Notes under the pieces: generated by a model
Seen by the model: only the letters and a program-made list of their open reading frames with translations
The model's database searches: none
What the model was told of the DNA's origin: nothing
Translations under genes and position numbers: made by a program
Source of the DNA: a virus
Lineage: Duplodnaviria > Caudoviricetes
IMG/VR virus record: IMGVR_UViG_3300024235_000344
Coordinates: 4,982-68,981 of that record
Length of the DNA stretch: 64,000 bases
Reading direction: 5' to 3' (one strand)
In this document: piece by piece, positions 28,439 through 39,138 of the stretch
How the letters are laid out: every line of letters starts with the position of its first letter
Numbering within the stretch: the stretch's first letter is position 1

Positions 28439-28996
28439 TTATTTAATGAGAAGTAGTTTTGTTGAAAGTCTATTAAAGTAATCATTGTTAAGAAATGTTA
28501 AATCATATTTTTTAGTCATTTTCTTAATATTACTAAATGTATATTTTGATATATCCAACTTATCACACTTTAATCTTATTGAATTGATAGTTAAAGCACT
28601 CTTACCATCGCCGATATCGATAAGATGCTTAAGATAATCTAATGATAATCTACTTACATGTAATATTATAGGTAACGCGTTGTTTAATTTTTTGATAATT
28701 TTTAATAAAACCGTTAAAATATCCTTTTCACTATAATATTTCATTAATTCACATTCATTAAGTTGATTGTAATTAAAAAATACAACAGACTTTGAATTTA
28801 TTTTTAATATTTTACTACATACATGGTAAATTATATAGTGTAAAAATATTTTATTGGTATCTTTATTAGTTATACTCTTATCTAAGAGCTCAAATTTATG
28901 TAAGTCATTAATAATATCAAATTGAATATCTTCAGTAAACATCTCATTGAAATTTATTAAATTTAAATCATATACTTTTAAATATAAATCACTCAC
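28439..28996 (-). CDS. Hypothetical protein
   Basis: GTG start 5 nt after a GGAAC-N5-TATAAT motif. Confidence 0.6.
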   Translation of the reverse strand: MSDLYLKVYDLNLINFNEMFTEDIQFDIINDLHKFELLDKSITNKDTNKIFLHYIIYHVCSKILKINSKSVVFFNYNQLNECELMKYYSEKDILTVLLKIIKKLNNALPIILHVSRLSLDYLKHLIDIGDGKSALTINSIRLKCDKLDISKYTFSNIKKMTKKYDLTFLNNDYFNRLSTKLLLIK

Positions 28997-29001
28997 ACAA
29001 T

Positions 29002-29017
29002 ATTATATCACTGTTCC
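29002..29017 (-). promoter_or_regulatory. GGAAC-N5-TATAAT promoter motif
   Basis: GGAAC AGTGA TATAAT ATTGT GTG. Confidence 0.6.
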
Positions 29018-29418
29018 AGAAAATTCTTAGGTGGTTTACCTATTCTGCAATTGATTATACCGTTATAATAGTCTTCACTCAGCAATACATCCTTATCAAA
29101 CTGCATTTTAGCTTCAAAATAACCTAATTCATATTTATTTCTGCAGAATCTTAATATTTTAAATAAAAATTGCTCTTTACCGTTACTAGCTATATCAATA
29201 TTAAGTCTGTCACTTGAACCAGTATAAGTCTTCCAGTCACTCTCTACATAATCAATACGTTTTCTCTTTTTACCTTTGAGAGGCATACGTCTAATCTTTT
29301 TAATCATCTGCTTTCTACCGATATACTTCTTACCATCTATTAAATTAGTAATTTCATATATAAACCCGAAAGCATCCTCCGGTATTGCTTCATAAACTTT
29401 CCAATGTCCTGTGTCCAC
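29008..29418 (-). CDS. Single-domain GIY-YIG endonuclease (Seg/DenA-like)
   Basis: 'FGFIYEITNLIDGKKYIGRKQ', 'YTGSS', 'YYN'; GTG start. Confidence 0.8.
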   Translation of the reverse strand: MDTGHWKVYEAIPEDAFGFIYEITNLIDGKKYIGRKQMIKKIRRMPLKGKKRKRIDYVESDWKTYTGSSDRLNIDIASNGKEQFLFKILRFCRNKYELGYFEAKMQFDKDVLLSEDYYNGIINCRIGKPPKNFLEQ

Positions 29419-29426
29419 GCTATTAC

Positions 29427-29696
29427 TTACTTCTTTTTCTTATTTTTTCTACGTGTCTTCTTTTTCTTAGTCTTAACCTTACCTCTTCTAGAGTATGTAC
29501 CTCTACCTAGAGATATTCGATAATCACCAGGTACATACCAGTCTGTATTAGTTATACCACCGTGACCTGCACCTGCAGCAGGTCCAAAAGCACCACTATC
29601 ACCACCTGCTACATTTTCATCTTCATCATGTACCTTTTTAACTGGTTTAAATAAAGTTTTAAATTTTTGTTCAAAAATGTTTATTGACTTACCCAT
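29427..29696 (-). CDS. Small late protein with highly basic C-terminus
   Basis: TATAAATA (29702-29709)-N5-ATG; 'KKKKTRRKNKKKK' tail. Confidence 0.6.
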   Translation of the reverse strand: MGKSINIFEQKFKTLFKPVKKVHDEDENVAGGDSGAFGPAAGAGHGGITNTDWYVPGDYRISLGRGTYSRRGKVKTKKKKTRRKNKKKK

Positions 29697-29717
29697 AATA
29701 GTATTTATACTTATAAT

Positions 29718-30113
29718 GTGAATAACATTGATCAATATGTAAATGAAATAGAAAAGGATCTAATTATTAATGAATTTAATATTAAAGATGTTTCAATGAA
29801 GACACCTGCAAGAAAACATTATTGGGTAGGTAGACTTATAAGACATAAGAAGAATTTATATAATTTAGAAAAAGAAAAGACAGAGATTAAAAAGAAAGTA
29901 GTAAAAGAACTATTAGAACAAAGTCCAATAAAAATAACTATACCAGTAGCTGAAAAAGCTAGTGTTAACCATGTAAATATAGTTAAAATAAACGAAAAAA
30001 TAAATAATGAAATGTTAATTATTGAGTTTTTGGAAAAAACAGAAAAGATTTTTAGTAGTGTAAGTTTTGATATATCAAATATTGTTAAAATTATGCAAAT
30101 GGAGCAGTTATGA
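29718..30113 (+). CDS. uvsY: UvsY-like recombination mediator
   Basis: 'NEFNIKDVSMKTPARKHYWVGRL'; directly upstream of uvsW as in T4-like phages. Confidence 0.65.
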   Translation: MNNIDQYVNEIEKDLIINEFNIKDVSMKTPARKHYWVGRLIRHKKNLYNLEKEKTEIKKKVVKELLEQSPIKITIPVAEKASVNHVNIVKINEKINNEMLIIEFLEKTEKIFSSVSFDISNIVKIMQMEQL

Positions 30114-31531
30114 TAGAGTTTATTTTAACTAACAGTAAGATACGTTTAAAGTGTGATAATTTTGAGACAATAAGAGAGCATTTTAGTGTAAAGGATGAAA
30201 CAGCTCGTTTTAGATTAAAAGGTCGTAGTCGTTTTGCAGCACCTTCTCGTATATATTGTATAACACCAACTGGTTTATTTGAATACGGTATGTTTTTTGA
30301 TATATTAACATACATTAAAAATGAACGACCTAATGAACAAATTATAATTGGTGATGGTATATTAGAGTTAGTAAAACCAGGGTTAGGTGAATGTAGAGTA
30401 TATGACAACTTAAAGCATGAATTGAGAGACTATCAAAAGCAAGCATTGCTTAAAGCTCTCAATAGTGGTAGAGGTGTTCTTAAGATGGGTACAGGTGCAG
30501 GTAAAACCTTAACAATCGCATCTTTACTCATGAGTGTTTTTACTGTTAATAAAAATTTTAAATGTCTAATAATAGTACCTGATCTATCTTTAGTCAGTCA
30601 GACTTCTTCAGATTTTGAAGAATATAATGTTTTATTTAAAGCAACTAGATGGACAGGTAAAATTAAACCAGATTTAACAGCAAATGTAATAATTGCTAAT
30701 TTAGGTATTTTACAAAGCCGGTTTGATGATTATGATTTTTTAAAATATGTTGATATACTCGTTATTGATGAGTGTCATAAATTAAAAAAGAGTAATAAGA
30801 TTAACAAGATGGTAGAGGTAATTAATACAAATAATAAGTTTGGTTTAACTGGTACATTACCAGATAATAAAGTAGATGAATGGAATATTTTAGGTAAACT
30901 TGGAAATGTAATTTATGATAAAGATAGTTACTCTTTAAGAGAAGAAAATTATCTAACTACTGTTAATGTCAGCTTTTTAAAAATAAAATATAAAAAGCAA
31001 CCTAAATCAGTAAAGGATCAAAACCCATATAAAACAGAATTAGACTTTTTGTATGCTAATGAATTTAGGAATAATATAATAACGAACCTTTGTACAAAAT
31101 TTAAAAATAATTCTCTAGTTCTTGTAAATCATTTAATACATGGAGATGCTTTATATGATGAGTTAATTAAACATAAAGATAAACAGGTATTTTTTGTAAA
31201 AGGTGAAATGGAAGTTGAGGTTAGAGACGAAATTAAAAAAATAATGGAGACTAATAATAATGTTGTATGTATTGCAATGAGTTCAATTTTTAGTACTGGT
31301 ATTAATATTAAAAATATACATATGATTATATTTGCTAGTGGTGGTAAGAGTTTTGTTAGAACTATTCAATCTATAGGTAGAGGTTTAAGATTGCATGATA
31401 ATAAAGATAAACTTGTTATTATAGATATTGTTGATAACTTAAAATATGGTATAAGGCATGCCGAAAAAAGACAAGAGATTTATAAACAAGAAAAAATTAA
31501 TTATAAATCTACTGAAATAGTTGAAAATTAA
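30110..31531 (+). CDS. uvsW: UvsW SF2 helicase
   Basis: 'LRDYQ', 'GTGAGKT', 'IDECH', 'GLTGT', 'STGINI', 'QSIGRGLR'. Confidence 0.92.
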   Translation: MIEFILTNSKIRLKCDNFETIREHFSVKDETARFRLKGRSRFAAPSRIYCITPTGLFEYGMFFDILTYIKNERPNEQIIIGDGILELVKPGLGECRVYDNLKHELRDYQKQALLKALNSGRGVLKMGTGAGKTLTIASLLMSVFTVNKNFKCLIIVPDLSLVSQTSSDFEEYNVLFKATRWTGKIKPDLTANVIIANLGILQSRFDDYDFLKYVDILVIDECHKLKKSNKINKMVEVINTNNKFGLTGTLPDNKVDEWNILGKLGNVIYDKDSYSLREENYLTTVNVSFLKIKYKKQPKSVKDQNPYKTELDFLYANEFRNNIITNLCTKFKNNSLVLVNHLIHGDALYDELIKHKDKQVFFVKGEMEVEVRDEIKKIMETNNNVVCIAMSSIFSTGINIKNIHMIIFASGGKSFVRTIQSIGRGLRLHDNKDKLVIIDIVDNLKYGIRHAEKRQEIYKQEKINYKSTEIVEN

Positions 31532-31548
31532 GGTAAATAAACTATAAT
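31521..31548 (+). promoter_or_regulatory. sigma70-like promoter TTGAAA-N16-TATAAT
   Basis: 5 nt before gp55 ATG. Confidence 0.65.
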
Positions 31549-31553
31549 TAAAT

Positions 31554-32030
31554 ATGGCTAATTTAAAACCAACTGGTAAACCTAAAGGTAAAAAAAGAGG
31601 ACCGAAACCTAAAATAAACGAGTATTATGTTAACCCGGAACTATTTAAACAAGAGTTAGTTGATTATTATAAATGTGAGGAATGTACACCGCTATTAGGT
31701 GACATGATACAAAAAATTGCACACGGGTTAAGTTATAAATCTAATTTTATTAACTATACATATCGAGATGAAATGGTAGGAGATGCATTAGTAAAAATGT
31801 ATACTGCAGTAACAAATAAAAAGTTTAATGTTGATTCTGAATATAATCCTTTTTCATATTTTACAACTATTGCTTTTCACGCATTTATTAATAGAATAAA
31901 AAAAGAAAAAAAGCATGCCAATACATTATCTGAATATAAAGAGAAAGTATATGAAGAAGAAATGGGTAATGCTACCGATGGTATGGTATACATTAAGCCG
32001 AATTCAGATGAATTAGAATATAGTGAATAA
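31554..32030 (+). CDS. 55: Late-transcription sigma factor gp55
   Basis: 'YYVN', 'IAHGLSYKSNFINYTYRDEMVGDA', 'NPFSYFTTIAFHAFINRIKKEKK'. Confidence 0.92.
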   Translation: MANLKPTGKPKGKKRGPKPKINEYYVNPELFKQELVDYYKCEECTPLLGDMIQKIAHGLSYKSNFINYTYRDEMVGDALVKMYTAVTNKKFNVDSEYNPFSYFTTIAFHAFINRIKKEKKHANTLSEYKEKVYEEEMGNATDGMVYIKPNSDELEYSE

Positions 32031-33085
32031 TGTATCATAAAAAAATTGCAATATTTTCAGATCTTCATTTAGGTGTACATCAAAATAGTGATTTTTGGTT
32101 AGGCATTGCTAATAAATGGGCTGATTGGTATATAGGTGAATTAAAATCTCATGGTATTACTGATATTATATTCGGTGGGGATTTCTTTCATTATAGAGAT
32201 GAGATTAGTGTAAAGACTCTTAACTTTGCTAAAGATTTTTTAGATAAGTTTGATGACTTTAATATCATTATGATTACAGGTAATCATGATGCATGGTATA
32301 AAGATACCAGCGAAATTAATAGCCTATCTATTCTCAAAGGATCCTCGAATTTAAAGATATATGATAAGATAGCTACTCGTAATTACGGAGGTCGTGCATT
32401 TACCTTTTGTCCATGGGGTACTAAGATTGACGATATACCGAAAAGCGATGTGGTAATAGGTCATTTCGAGTTAGAAAACTTTAAAATGAATGCATTTAAA
32501 ATATGCGACCATGGTGATGATCCGGATGTATTGACTGAGAAAGCTCCTCTAATATTTTCAGGTCACTTTCATACTAGAGACGAGAAGAATTTTAAAAATA
32601 AATCTAAAATTGTATATGTAGGTAATCCGTTTGAAATGGATTTTGGTGATTCAGGTCAAACAAAAGGGTTCTATATTTTAGATACGAATGATTTGAGTTA
32701 TACATTCCATACAAATAATGTTACACCAAAACATATTAAAGTATTTTTATCTAAATTAATTACCGAGAAGGATGTTATTGATTTCTTTAAAACTGTTGTA
32801 TCTAATAATATTATAAAGTTAATTATTGATAAAAATATTAATACCGAGCATTTAGACTTATTAGTAGCTAAACTTGCTAGCTATAAACCTTGTGATCTTA
32901 GAATAGATTATGATGTAAATTATAATAAAGTTAAGTTTAGTGAAGAAGGTGAATACGACCTATCAGGTATTGATATAATGGAAGCAGTTAATGAGTTTGT
33001 TAACTTACTAGATATTGAGAATAAGAGCGAAGTGGTGAAATATACTACAGAATTATATAAGAAATCTATTGATAAAATTACATGA
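32030..33085 (+). CDS. 47: Recombination endonuclease subunit gp47 (Mre11/SbcD-like)
   Basis: 'SDLHLG', 'GGDFFH', 'GNHD', 'GHFE', 'SGHFH', 'YVGNP'. Confidence 0.92.
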   Translation: MYHKKIAIFSDLHLGVHQNSDFWLGIANKWADWYIGELKSHGITDIIFGGDFFHYRDEISVKTLNFAKDFLDKFDDFNIIMITGNHDAWYKDTSEINSLSILKGSSNLKIYDKIATRNYGGRAFTFCPWGTKIDDIPKSDVVIGHFELENFKMNAFKICDHGDDPDVLTEKAPLIFSGHFHTRDEKNFKNKSKIVYVGNPFEMDFGDSGQTKGFYILDTNDLSYTFHTNNVTPKHIKVFLSKLITEKDVIDFFKTVVSNNIIKLIIDKNINTEHLDLLVAKLASYKPCDLRIDYDVNYNKVKFSEEGEYDLSGIDIMEAVNEFVNLLDIENKSEVVKYTTELYKKSIDKIT

Positions 33086-34887
33086 AATACGTAGAATTTA
33101 AAGAGTTAAAAATACAAAACTTTCTATCTGTTGGTGAGACTCCAGTATGTGTCGAGTTTAAAAAGGGTTTGCACATTGTAACCGGTATTAATCGCGATAA
33201 AGAAGACCGTCGTAATGGAGTAGGTAAATCTACTATTGCTGACGCTTTATATTTTGCTATATTTGGTAGTACATTAAGAGAAATTAATAAGAATTTTATA
33301 TCTAATAATCTTACTGAAGGTAAGACTGTAGTTGAATTGTTTTTTACTGTTAATGATCCTTATCATGGTGTTAACGATTTTCGTATAGTCAGAACATTAG
33401 GACCATCGAAGTGTAATATATATAAAAACGGTGTAGATAAGACAAGAGATACTATATCTAATACTGGTAGCTATATTGAAACGGTATTATCATCATCTCA
33501 AGAAGTCTTCCAGAATTGTGTCATAATGACGCTTAATAACCATATACCGTTTATGGCTAAAAACAAAACTGAGAAGCGTAAGTTTATTGAGAGGATTTTT
33601 AACCTTGAAGTATTCTCAAAAATGCTATCTGAATTGAGAACTGATCAATCAGAAATTAAAAGAGATTTCGATATTAATATTACACGTATGGAAGAGACTA
33701 ATACATACCTAGACTCTCAGAAGGTACAGGTAGAAAGCTTTGAAGGTAATAAAAATAAAAAGAAAGCTATATTAAGTAATTCATTGAAGCAGCATTCGCA
33801 AGATGTTATTGACGCTAAAGAGAGGTTAAGTAAAATACAAGCTCTTGATGATCAGCCATATAAGGATAAGCTCGCGACGCTTACTTCATCTATAGAGGAA
33901 AAGACTGAACAAAAAAGAAAGCTTAATGATGAAATAATATTATTAACCCATACATTAAAAACTAATGCAGGTATATTTAAACGTATCGGTACAGAAGATG
34001 ATACATGCCCGGTATGTTTGAGATCTATTGAAGATCATGATATTGAAGTCATCGAGGATGAAAAAACAAAACTTAGAAATAGTATTAATGAAGGTAAAGC
34101 TAATTTAGAGCTGTTATCAGAAGAGTCTAAACTGATTAAAAAACAGATAGTTAAATTAGAAGAAGCTACTAATATTGTTAATGCTAAAATATCTGATATA
34201 GAGAGACAGAAGTATAGTATATCTCATTTAAACGACTCAATCGAATATATTGTAAGGTGCATATCAGAGATTGAAGAAGAGCAAGCAACTATAGATACTG
34301 AGATGAATACATATGCTGGTAATGTTGCCGAGCTTGAAGAAAAAATTAATAAGATTACCGATCAAATTAGTACTATAAAAAAGAGTTTAGATCTATTAGA
34401 CGTTGTTAAGTTTGTAGTAAGTGAAGAGGGTGTTAAGAGCTTTATTGTTAAGAAGATTCTTAGAAATTTTAACTCTAAACTTACGCATTATCTCAAAGAG
34501 ATGGATAGTAATAGTATCTGTATTTTTAATGAATATTTTGAAGAAGAGATTGTTAACGAAAAAGGTAAGATATGCCAATATAATAACTTTTCAGGAGCTG
34601 AGAGAAAAGCTATCGATTTAGCATGCCTATTTTCATTCATGGATATGAGAAAAGCTCAAGGAGATGTTCATTATAATTTAAGTTTTTATGACGAATTGTT
34701 TGATAGTAGCTTAGATGAAAAAGGTGTCGATCTTGTACTCGGAATTTTAAATAATCGTGTTGAAAAAAATAATGAATGTGTATTTGTTATTAGTCATAGA
34801 AAAGAAAGCATTAAAGCTGCTACTGGTGAAATAGTGTTTTTAGAAAAGAGTAACGGTATAACAAAGCGTATAAACTTTGTTGATTAA
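33082..34887 (+). CDS. 46: Recombination ATPase subunit gp46 (Rad50/SbcC-like)
   Basis: 'NGVGKST', coiled coil with CPVC zinc hook, 'FSGAE', 'DELFDSSLD', 'ISH'. Confidence 0.93.
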   Translation: MKYVEFKELKIQNFLSVGETPVCVEFKKGLHIVTGINRDKEDRRNGVGKSTIADALYFAIFGSTLREINKNFISNNLTEGKTVVELFFTVNDPYHGVNDFRIVRTLGPSKCNIYKNGVDKTRDTISNTGSYIETVLSSSQEVFQNCVIMTLNNHIPFMAKNKTEKRKFIERIFNLEVFSKMLSELRTDQSEIKRDFDINITRMEETNTYLDSQKVQVESFEGNKNKKKAILSNSLKQHSQDVIDAKERLSKIQALDDQPYKDKLATLTSSIEEKTEQKRKLNDEIILLTHTLKTNAGIFKRIGTEDDTCPVCLRSIEDHDIEVIEDEKTKLRNSINEGKANLELLSEESKLIKKQIVKLEEATNIVNAKISDIERQKYSISHLNDSIEYIVRCISEIEEEQATIDTEMNTYAGNVAELEEKINKITDQISTIKKSLDLLDVVKFVVSEEGVKSFIVKKILRNFNSKLTHYLKEMDSNSICIFNEYFEEEIVNEKGKICQYNNFSGAERKAIDLACLFSFMDMRKAQGDVHYNLSFYDELFDSSLDEKGVDLVLGILNNRVEKNNECVFVISHRKESIKAATGEIVFLEKSNGITKRINFVD

Positions 34888-34912
34888 TCTTAAAAAATAA
34901 CTATATATCATT

Positions 34913-36130
34913 ATGATTAATCCTCAAGGTAACGTACCATTTCAATCAACACCATTTAATATAAAGCCGTTTACTTCTAATAATAATATTAAACCGCAAA
35001 TAAATCAAAAATTAGAAAAACCACCAGAAACACAATTACCTAGATTTTTAAATTATTATGCTGATTATAGTGGTTGTGGTCATTGGAGAATGATCTGGCC
35101 AGAACAGATTATGAACGCTCATAATAAAGCTGTAGTACACGGAACTACAGTCATGAATGCTGATCCCAGATATTACACCCAAACTAAGGCTGTAAGAATT
35201 CAGCGACAAGCAACTCCTCAGCAATTAGAGTTTGTTAAATTTTTAAGAAAATTGGCTGATGCAAATAACTTTAGGTTAATATATGAAATTGATGATATAT
35301 GCTTTCATGAAGATATTCCTGATTATAATAAATATAAAACAGCATTTACAGATCCAAAAATAAGACAATCTGCACAAGAGATGATGGAGATATGTGATGA
35401 AATTACAGTTACATGCCCATTTATGCGTGATTATTATGCATCAAAGACAAATAATAAAAACGTAACAGTTATACCAAATTTTATGCCTAAATTTTGGATT
35501 GGTGGTAAATCTGATATTAATCGTACGATGGAGAGCTACGAAAAAAATAAAAGAAAACCTCGTATATTATATGCAGGTTCTGGAGCTCATTTTGATGTTG
35601 AAAATCGTACTAAATTTAGAGATGACTTTGAGCATGTCAATGATGTTATTCGTCGTACGGTGGATAAATATCAATGGGTATTTTTAGGAGCGCATCCGTT
35701 ACCGATAAGAGATTTAATTCAAAACGGTAAAATAGAATTTCATCCATGGAAGCGGTTATATGAATACGGTCAAGGATTATATGATCTTAATGTTAATATG
35801 ATTGTTGCACCATTACAGGATAGTACATTTAATCGCGCAAAATCTGATTTAAAATATATTGAAGCATGCGCTTTAGGTTTACCGATTGCTTGTCAAGATC
35901 TTTGTACATATGAAAACGCACCTATTAAATTTAGAACAGGTGATGAGATGATTGATCAAATTGAAAGTACATTAAGAGATCGTAAAAGATATAAATCTTT
36001 ATGTAAGAAAGCATCTCAATATGCTGATACAAGGTGGTTGGAAGATGATATGAATATTGACTGCTATACAGAATTATATCAATACGGTGTTAATGACCCT
36101 AAAAGGTTAAACTTAAGTAGATATAATTAG
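34913..36130 (+). CDS. GT-B-fold (GT4-like) glycosyltransferase
   Basis: 'DYSGCGHWRM', 'IYEIDD', 'CDEITVT', 'VIPNF', 'APLQDSTFNRAKSDLKYIEACALGLP'. Confidence 0.8.
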   Translation: MINPQGNVPFQSTPFNIKPFTSNNNIKPQINQKLEKPPETQLPRFLNYYADYSGCGHWRMIWPEQIMNAHNKAVVHGTTVMNADPRYYTQTKAVRIQRQATPQQLEFVKFLRKLADANNFRLIYEIDDICFHEDIPDYNKYKTAFTDPKIRQSAQEMMEICDEITVTCPFMRDYYASKTNNKNVTVIPNFMPKFWIGGKSDINRTMESYEKNKRKPRILYAGSGAHFDVENRTKFRDDFEHVNDVIRRTVDKYQWVFLGAHPLPIRDLIQNGKIEFHPWKRLYEYGQGLYDLNVNMIVAPLQDSTFNRAKSDLKYIEACALGLPIACQDLCTYENAPIKFRTGDEMIDQIESTLRDRKRYKSLCKKASQYADTRWLEDDMNIDCYTELYQYGVNDPKRLNLSRYN

Positions 36131-36145
36131 GAACTGTATTATAAT
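36130..36145 (+). promoter_or_regulatory. GGAAC-N5-TATAAT promoter motif
   Basis: GGAAC TGTAT TATAAT, 6 nt before polymerase GTG. Confidence 0.6.
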
Positions 36146-36151
36146 GGTGAT

Positions 36152-38713
36152 GTGAGTTACCGAAATATATACTACGATGCAAAGGAAAGATGTGTTAATT
36201 TATTTACCTGGGATGAAGATGGTAAAAGGATTAAAGTAAAAGCTTCATACGACCCGTATCTTTATATTGAAAGTGGTAACGGTGAAGCTGAATCTATATT
36301 TGGTACTAAACTAGTTAAGAAGACTTTTAGGACGCAGTATGAACGTTACAAGTATATAAAAGATACTGGTGTTAAAAGGGTATTTGACAACTTACCAGCC
36401 ATTCAGCAATACCTTGTTGATTCGTTCTGGAAAGTAAATGAAACTCCTGAATTTAGTCAAAATCCTATTAAAGTACTTTTTGTAGATATCGAAACATATT
36501 CACCGGATGAATTTCCTAATCCTCAAGACCCTACCCATACGTGTAATGTTATTACTGCATATGATTCAATTGCAGATGAGTATATGACGTTCGGTTTAGG
36601 GGAGTATGACAATAAAGATGATGATGTAACTTATATACATTGTAAGAGTGAACATGAATTGTTTCAGAATTTTGTGGAGTATATTGAAAAGGATTACCCT
36701 GATATTATATCTGGTTGGAATTCGGAGTTCTTCGACTTACCTTACATTATTAATAGATGTGAAAGACTATTAGGTGAAGATTGGAGAAATCGTTTATCAC
36801 CATCAGGTAAAGTATATAGCAGAGCTATTAAAGGTCAATTTGGTCAAGAGCAAATTAGATGGTATATTGAAGGTGTATCATTGATCGACTATTTAGATGT
36901 TTATAAACGATTCTCACCAGGTGTTAAAGCAAGTTATAAACTAGATGCTATTGGTGCTGCTGAGTTAGGAGAAAAGAAAGTCGATTTCGGTAATATGAAT
37001 CTTGCGACTTTAGCTGATAAGGATTGGCAGACATTTGTAGAGTATAATATTCAGGACGTTAGACTACTTAAAAAGCTTGAGGAAAAACTAAAGTATACTG
37101 AGTTGATTAAAATGCTAGCGTATGTTGGCTTGACGTCCTTTGAAGCTGCACTAGGTTCGCTTTCGGTTATCAACGGTGCAACTGCAGTTACAGCAAGGTA
37201 TAGGAATCAAAAAATACCTTCGTTTATACGAAATGAGGATACAGGTAAGAATCCTGGTGCTTATGTAGGTGAACCTAGAAGTGGGTTTCAAGAAAATATC
37301 GTTTCGTTTGATGCTAATTCACTATACCCTAATGTAATGATATCTTTAAATATGTCACCTGAAACTAAAATAGGTAAGATTGAGGATAAGACTGATAATA
37401 ATGTTACTATACGTCATGTTAATGGTAAGACGTTTACATTAGATACTGAGAAGTTTATTGAGTTTGTAAAGAATGAAGAAATTGGTATTAGTAAAGCTAA
37501 TGTACTTTTTAGTCAGAAGAAGCAAGGCATCATGCCTACTATTTTAGATTTTTATTATAATAAACGCGTTGAAGTTAAAAAGGAATTAAACATATTAAAA
37601 AGAGAATATGCAAATAATAAAGATAAAGTAACCAAGACTAAGATAGATCAATTAGATTCAAAGCAGTTATGTATTAAGGTTTTTATTAATTCTATTTACG
37701 GTTATTTTGGTAATAGGCATGCCCCTTTTGGTGATGATGATATTGCATCATCTATTACATTGACAGGTCAATCTGTTATTAAGAAATCAAATGAGTTACT
37801 TAAAAATTATGTTAAAGAGCAAACTGGTATTACTGATGTTGAAAAACTAGAAAGTTGTGTTGTATATAATGATACTGATAGTTCATATATATCTATAAAG
37901 TTATTAATTGATAATATGAATATATCATTTAAACATGAAGATGGTACTCTAACAAAGCAACTATATGATGAAGTTCAGAATATTGAAGACTATCTAAATG
38001 CAGAAATTAAGATATGGGGAGCTAAAGCTTTAAACTCTAAAGACTGTAGATTTATATTCAAACGAGAAGTTATAGCTGATGTTGGTATATTTTTACAGAA
38101 GAAGCGTTATGTATTGCATATATTGGATGATGAAGGTATACCAATGGATAAATATAAGTATACCGGGGTTGAAGTAGTACGTAGTACAATGCCTGAACCT
38201 ATTAAACCGCATGTTAAAGGTATTATTGAAACTATGCTTTCAACGCAAAGTATTGTTGAAACGAATAATTTATTGAATGAAACGTATAAGATTTTTAAAA
38301 GCTTACCCGTTGAGGATATTACATTTGTATCTGGTCTAAAAAATTATGAAAACTATGCAAGGCAATGTGATGGATATAAAACTGCAAAAGGTATGCCTAT
38401 CCACGCAAAGGCTGCATATTATTATAATATGCTATTAAAGAAGTTTGATATCGAAAATGATTATGAAACTATTAGTAGTGGTGATAAAGTTCGATATTTT
38501 TATATTCAGCAACCGAACCCTTACAATATATCTTGCTTAGCTTACAAATATTATTTACCTGATGAGTTTAAGGAAGTTTTCTTTGCAGATTATGATAAGA
38601 TGTTTCAAAAGAACCTTTATGCTGTAATTGAACGATTCTATGAAAATGTTAATTGGTCTATTCAACAACCTGGCCAAGCAGTACAGACAAATTTATTCGA
38701 TCTTTTAAGTTGA
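36152..38713 (+). CDS. 43: Family B DNA polymerase gp43
   Basis: Exo 'VDIETY', 'SGWNSEFFDLPY'; pol 'SFDANSLYP', 'KVFINSIYG', 'YNDTDS', 'KKRY'. Confidence 0.96.
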   Translation: MSYRNIYYDAKERCVNLFTWDEDGKRIKVKASYDPYLYIESGNGEAESIFGTKLVKKTFRTQYERYKYIKDTGVKRVFDNLPAIQQYLVDSFWKVNETPEFSQNPIKVLFVDIETYSPDEFPNPQDPTHTCNVITAYDSIADEYMTFGLGEYDNKDDDVTYIHCKSEHELFQNFVEYIEKDYPDIISGWNSEFFDLPYIINRCERLLGEDWRNRLSPSGKVYSRAIKGQFGQEQIRWYIEGVSLIDYLDVYKRFSPGVKASYKLDAIGAAELGEKKVDFGNMNLATLADKDWQTFVEYNIQDVRLLKKLEEKLKYTELIKMLAYVGLTSFEAALGSLSVINGATAVTARYRNQKIPSFIRNEDTGKNPGAYVGEPRSGFQENIVSFDANSLYPNVMISLNMSPETKIGKIEDKTDNNVTIRHVNGKTFTLDTEKFIEFVKNEEIGISKANVLFSQKKQGIMPTILDFYYNKRVEVKKELNILKREYANNKDKVTKTKIDQLDSKQLCIKVFINSIYGYFGNRHAPFGDDDIASSITLTGQSVIKKSNELLKNYVKEQTGITDVEKLESCVVYNDTDSSYISIKLLIDNMNISFKHEDGTLTKQLYDEVQNIEDYLNAEIKIWGAKALNSKDCRFIFKREVIADVGIFLQKKRYVLHILDDEGIPMDKYKYTGVEVVRSTMPEPIKPHVKGIIETMLSTQSIVETNNLLNETYKIFKSLPVEDITFVSGLKNYENYARQCDGYKTAKGMPIHAKAAYYYNMLLKKFDIENDYETISSGDKVRYFYIQQPNPYNISCLAYKYYLPDEFKEVFFADYDKMFQKNLYAVIERFYENVNWSIQQPGQAVQTNLFDLLS

Positions 38714-38743
38714 TAAATCAATTTTATACTATAAAATAATAGT

Positions 38744-39112
38744 ATGTCAGAAATAAACTATACTACATTCATTGATAATGCTGGTCGCAGCATTTTCGGT
38801 ATTAATTCGAGTGAGACGAAGACAACTATTACAGTTGAAAATCCTGTAATGATTCATGTTGCTCAACAAGAAAACGGGCAAATGGCTGTACAGTTATTTC
38901 CGATTTTCTTTGCTGAATTCGTTCAACCTGGTGAAAATGAAAGCAGGAAAAATTACTTTACCTATACTAAGTCAAGTGTTGCATTAGGTGAAGGGTTTAA
39001 TGTAGATGCTCGTATTGCAGAACAATATGAACGTATTGTTAATCCAACATTAGTACCTGCAGGTGGTACAGAAGGGGAAGAAGCTGAAGTGATCAAGCTT
39101 TTCGATGAATAA
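38744..39112 (+). CDS. Hypothetical protein
   Basis: 122-aa ORF with its own TTGATA-N16-TAAAAT promoter. Confidence 0.65.
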   Translation: MSEINYTTFIDNAGRSIFGINSSETKTTITVENPVMIHVAQQENGQMAVQLFPIFFAEFVQPGENESRKNYFTYTKSSVALGEGFNVDARIAEQYERIVNPTLVPAGGTEGEEAEVIKLFDE

Positions 39113-39138
39113 AAGATAAACATACTTTAAAGGTATTA

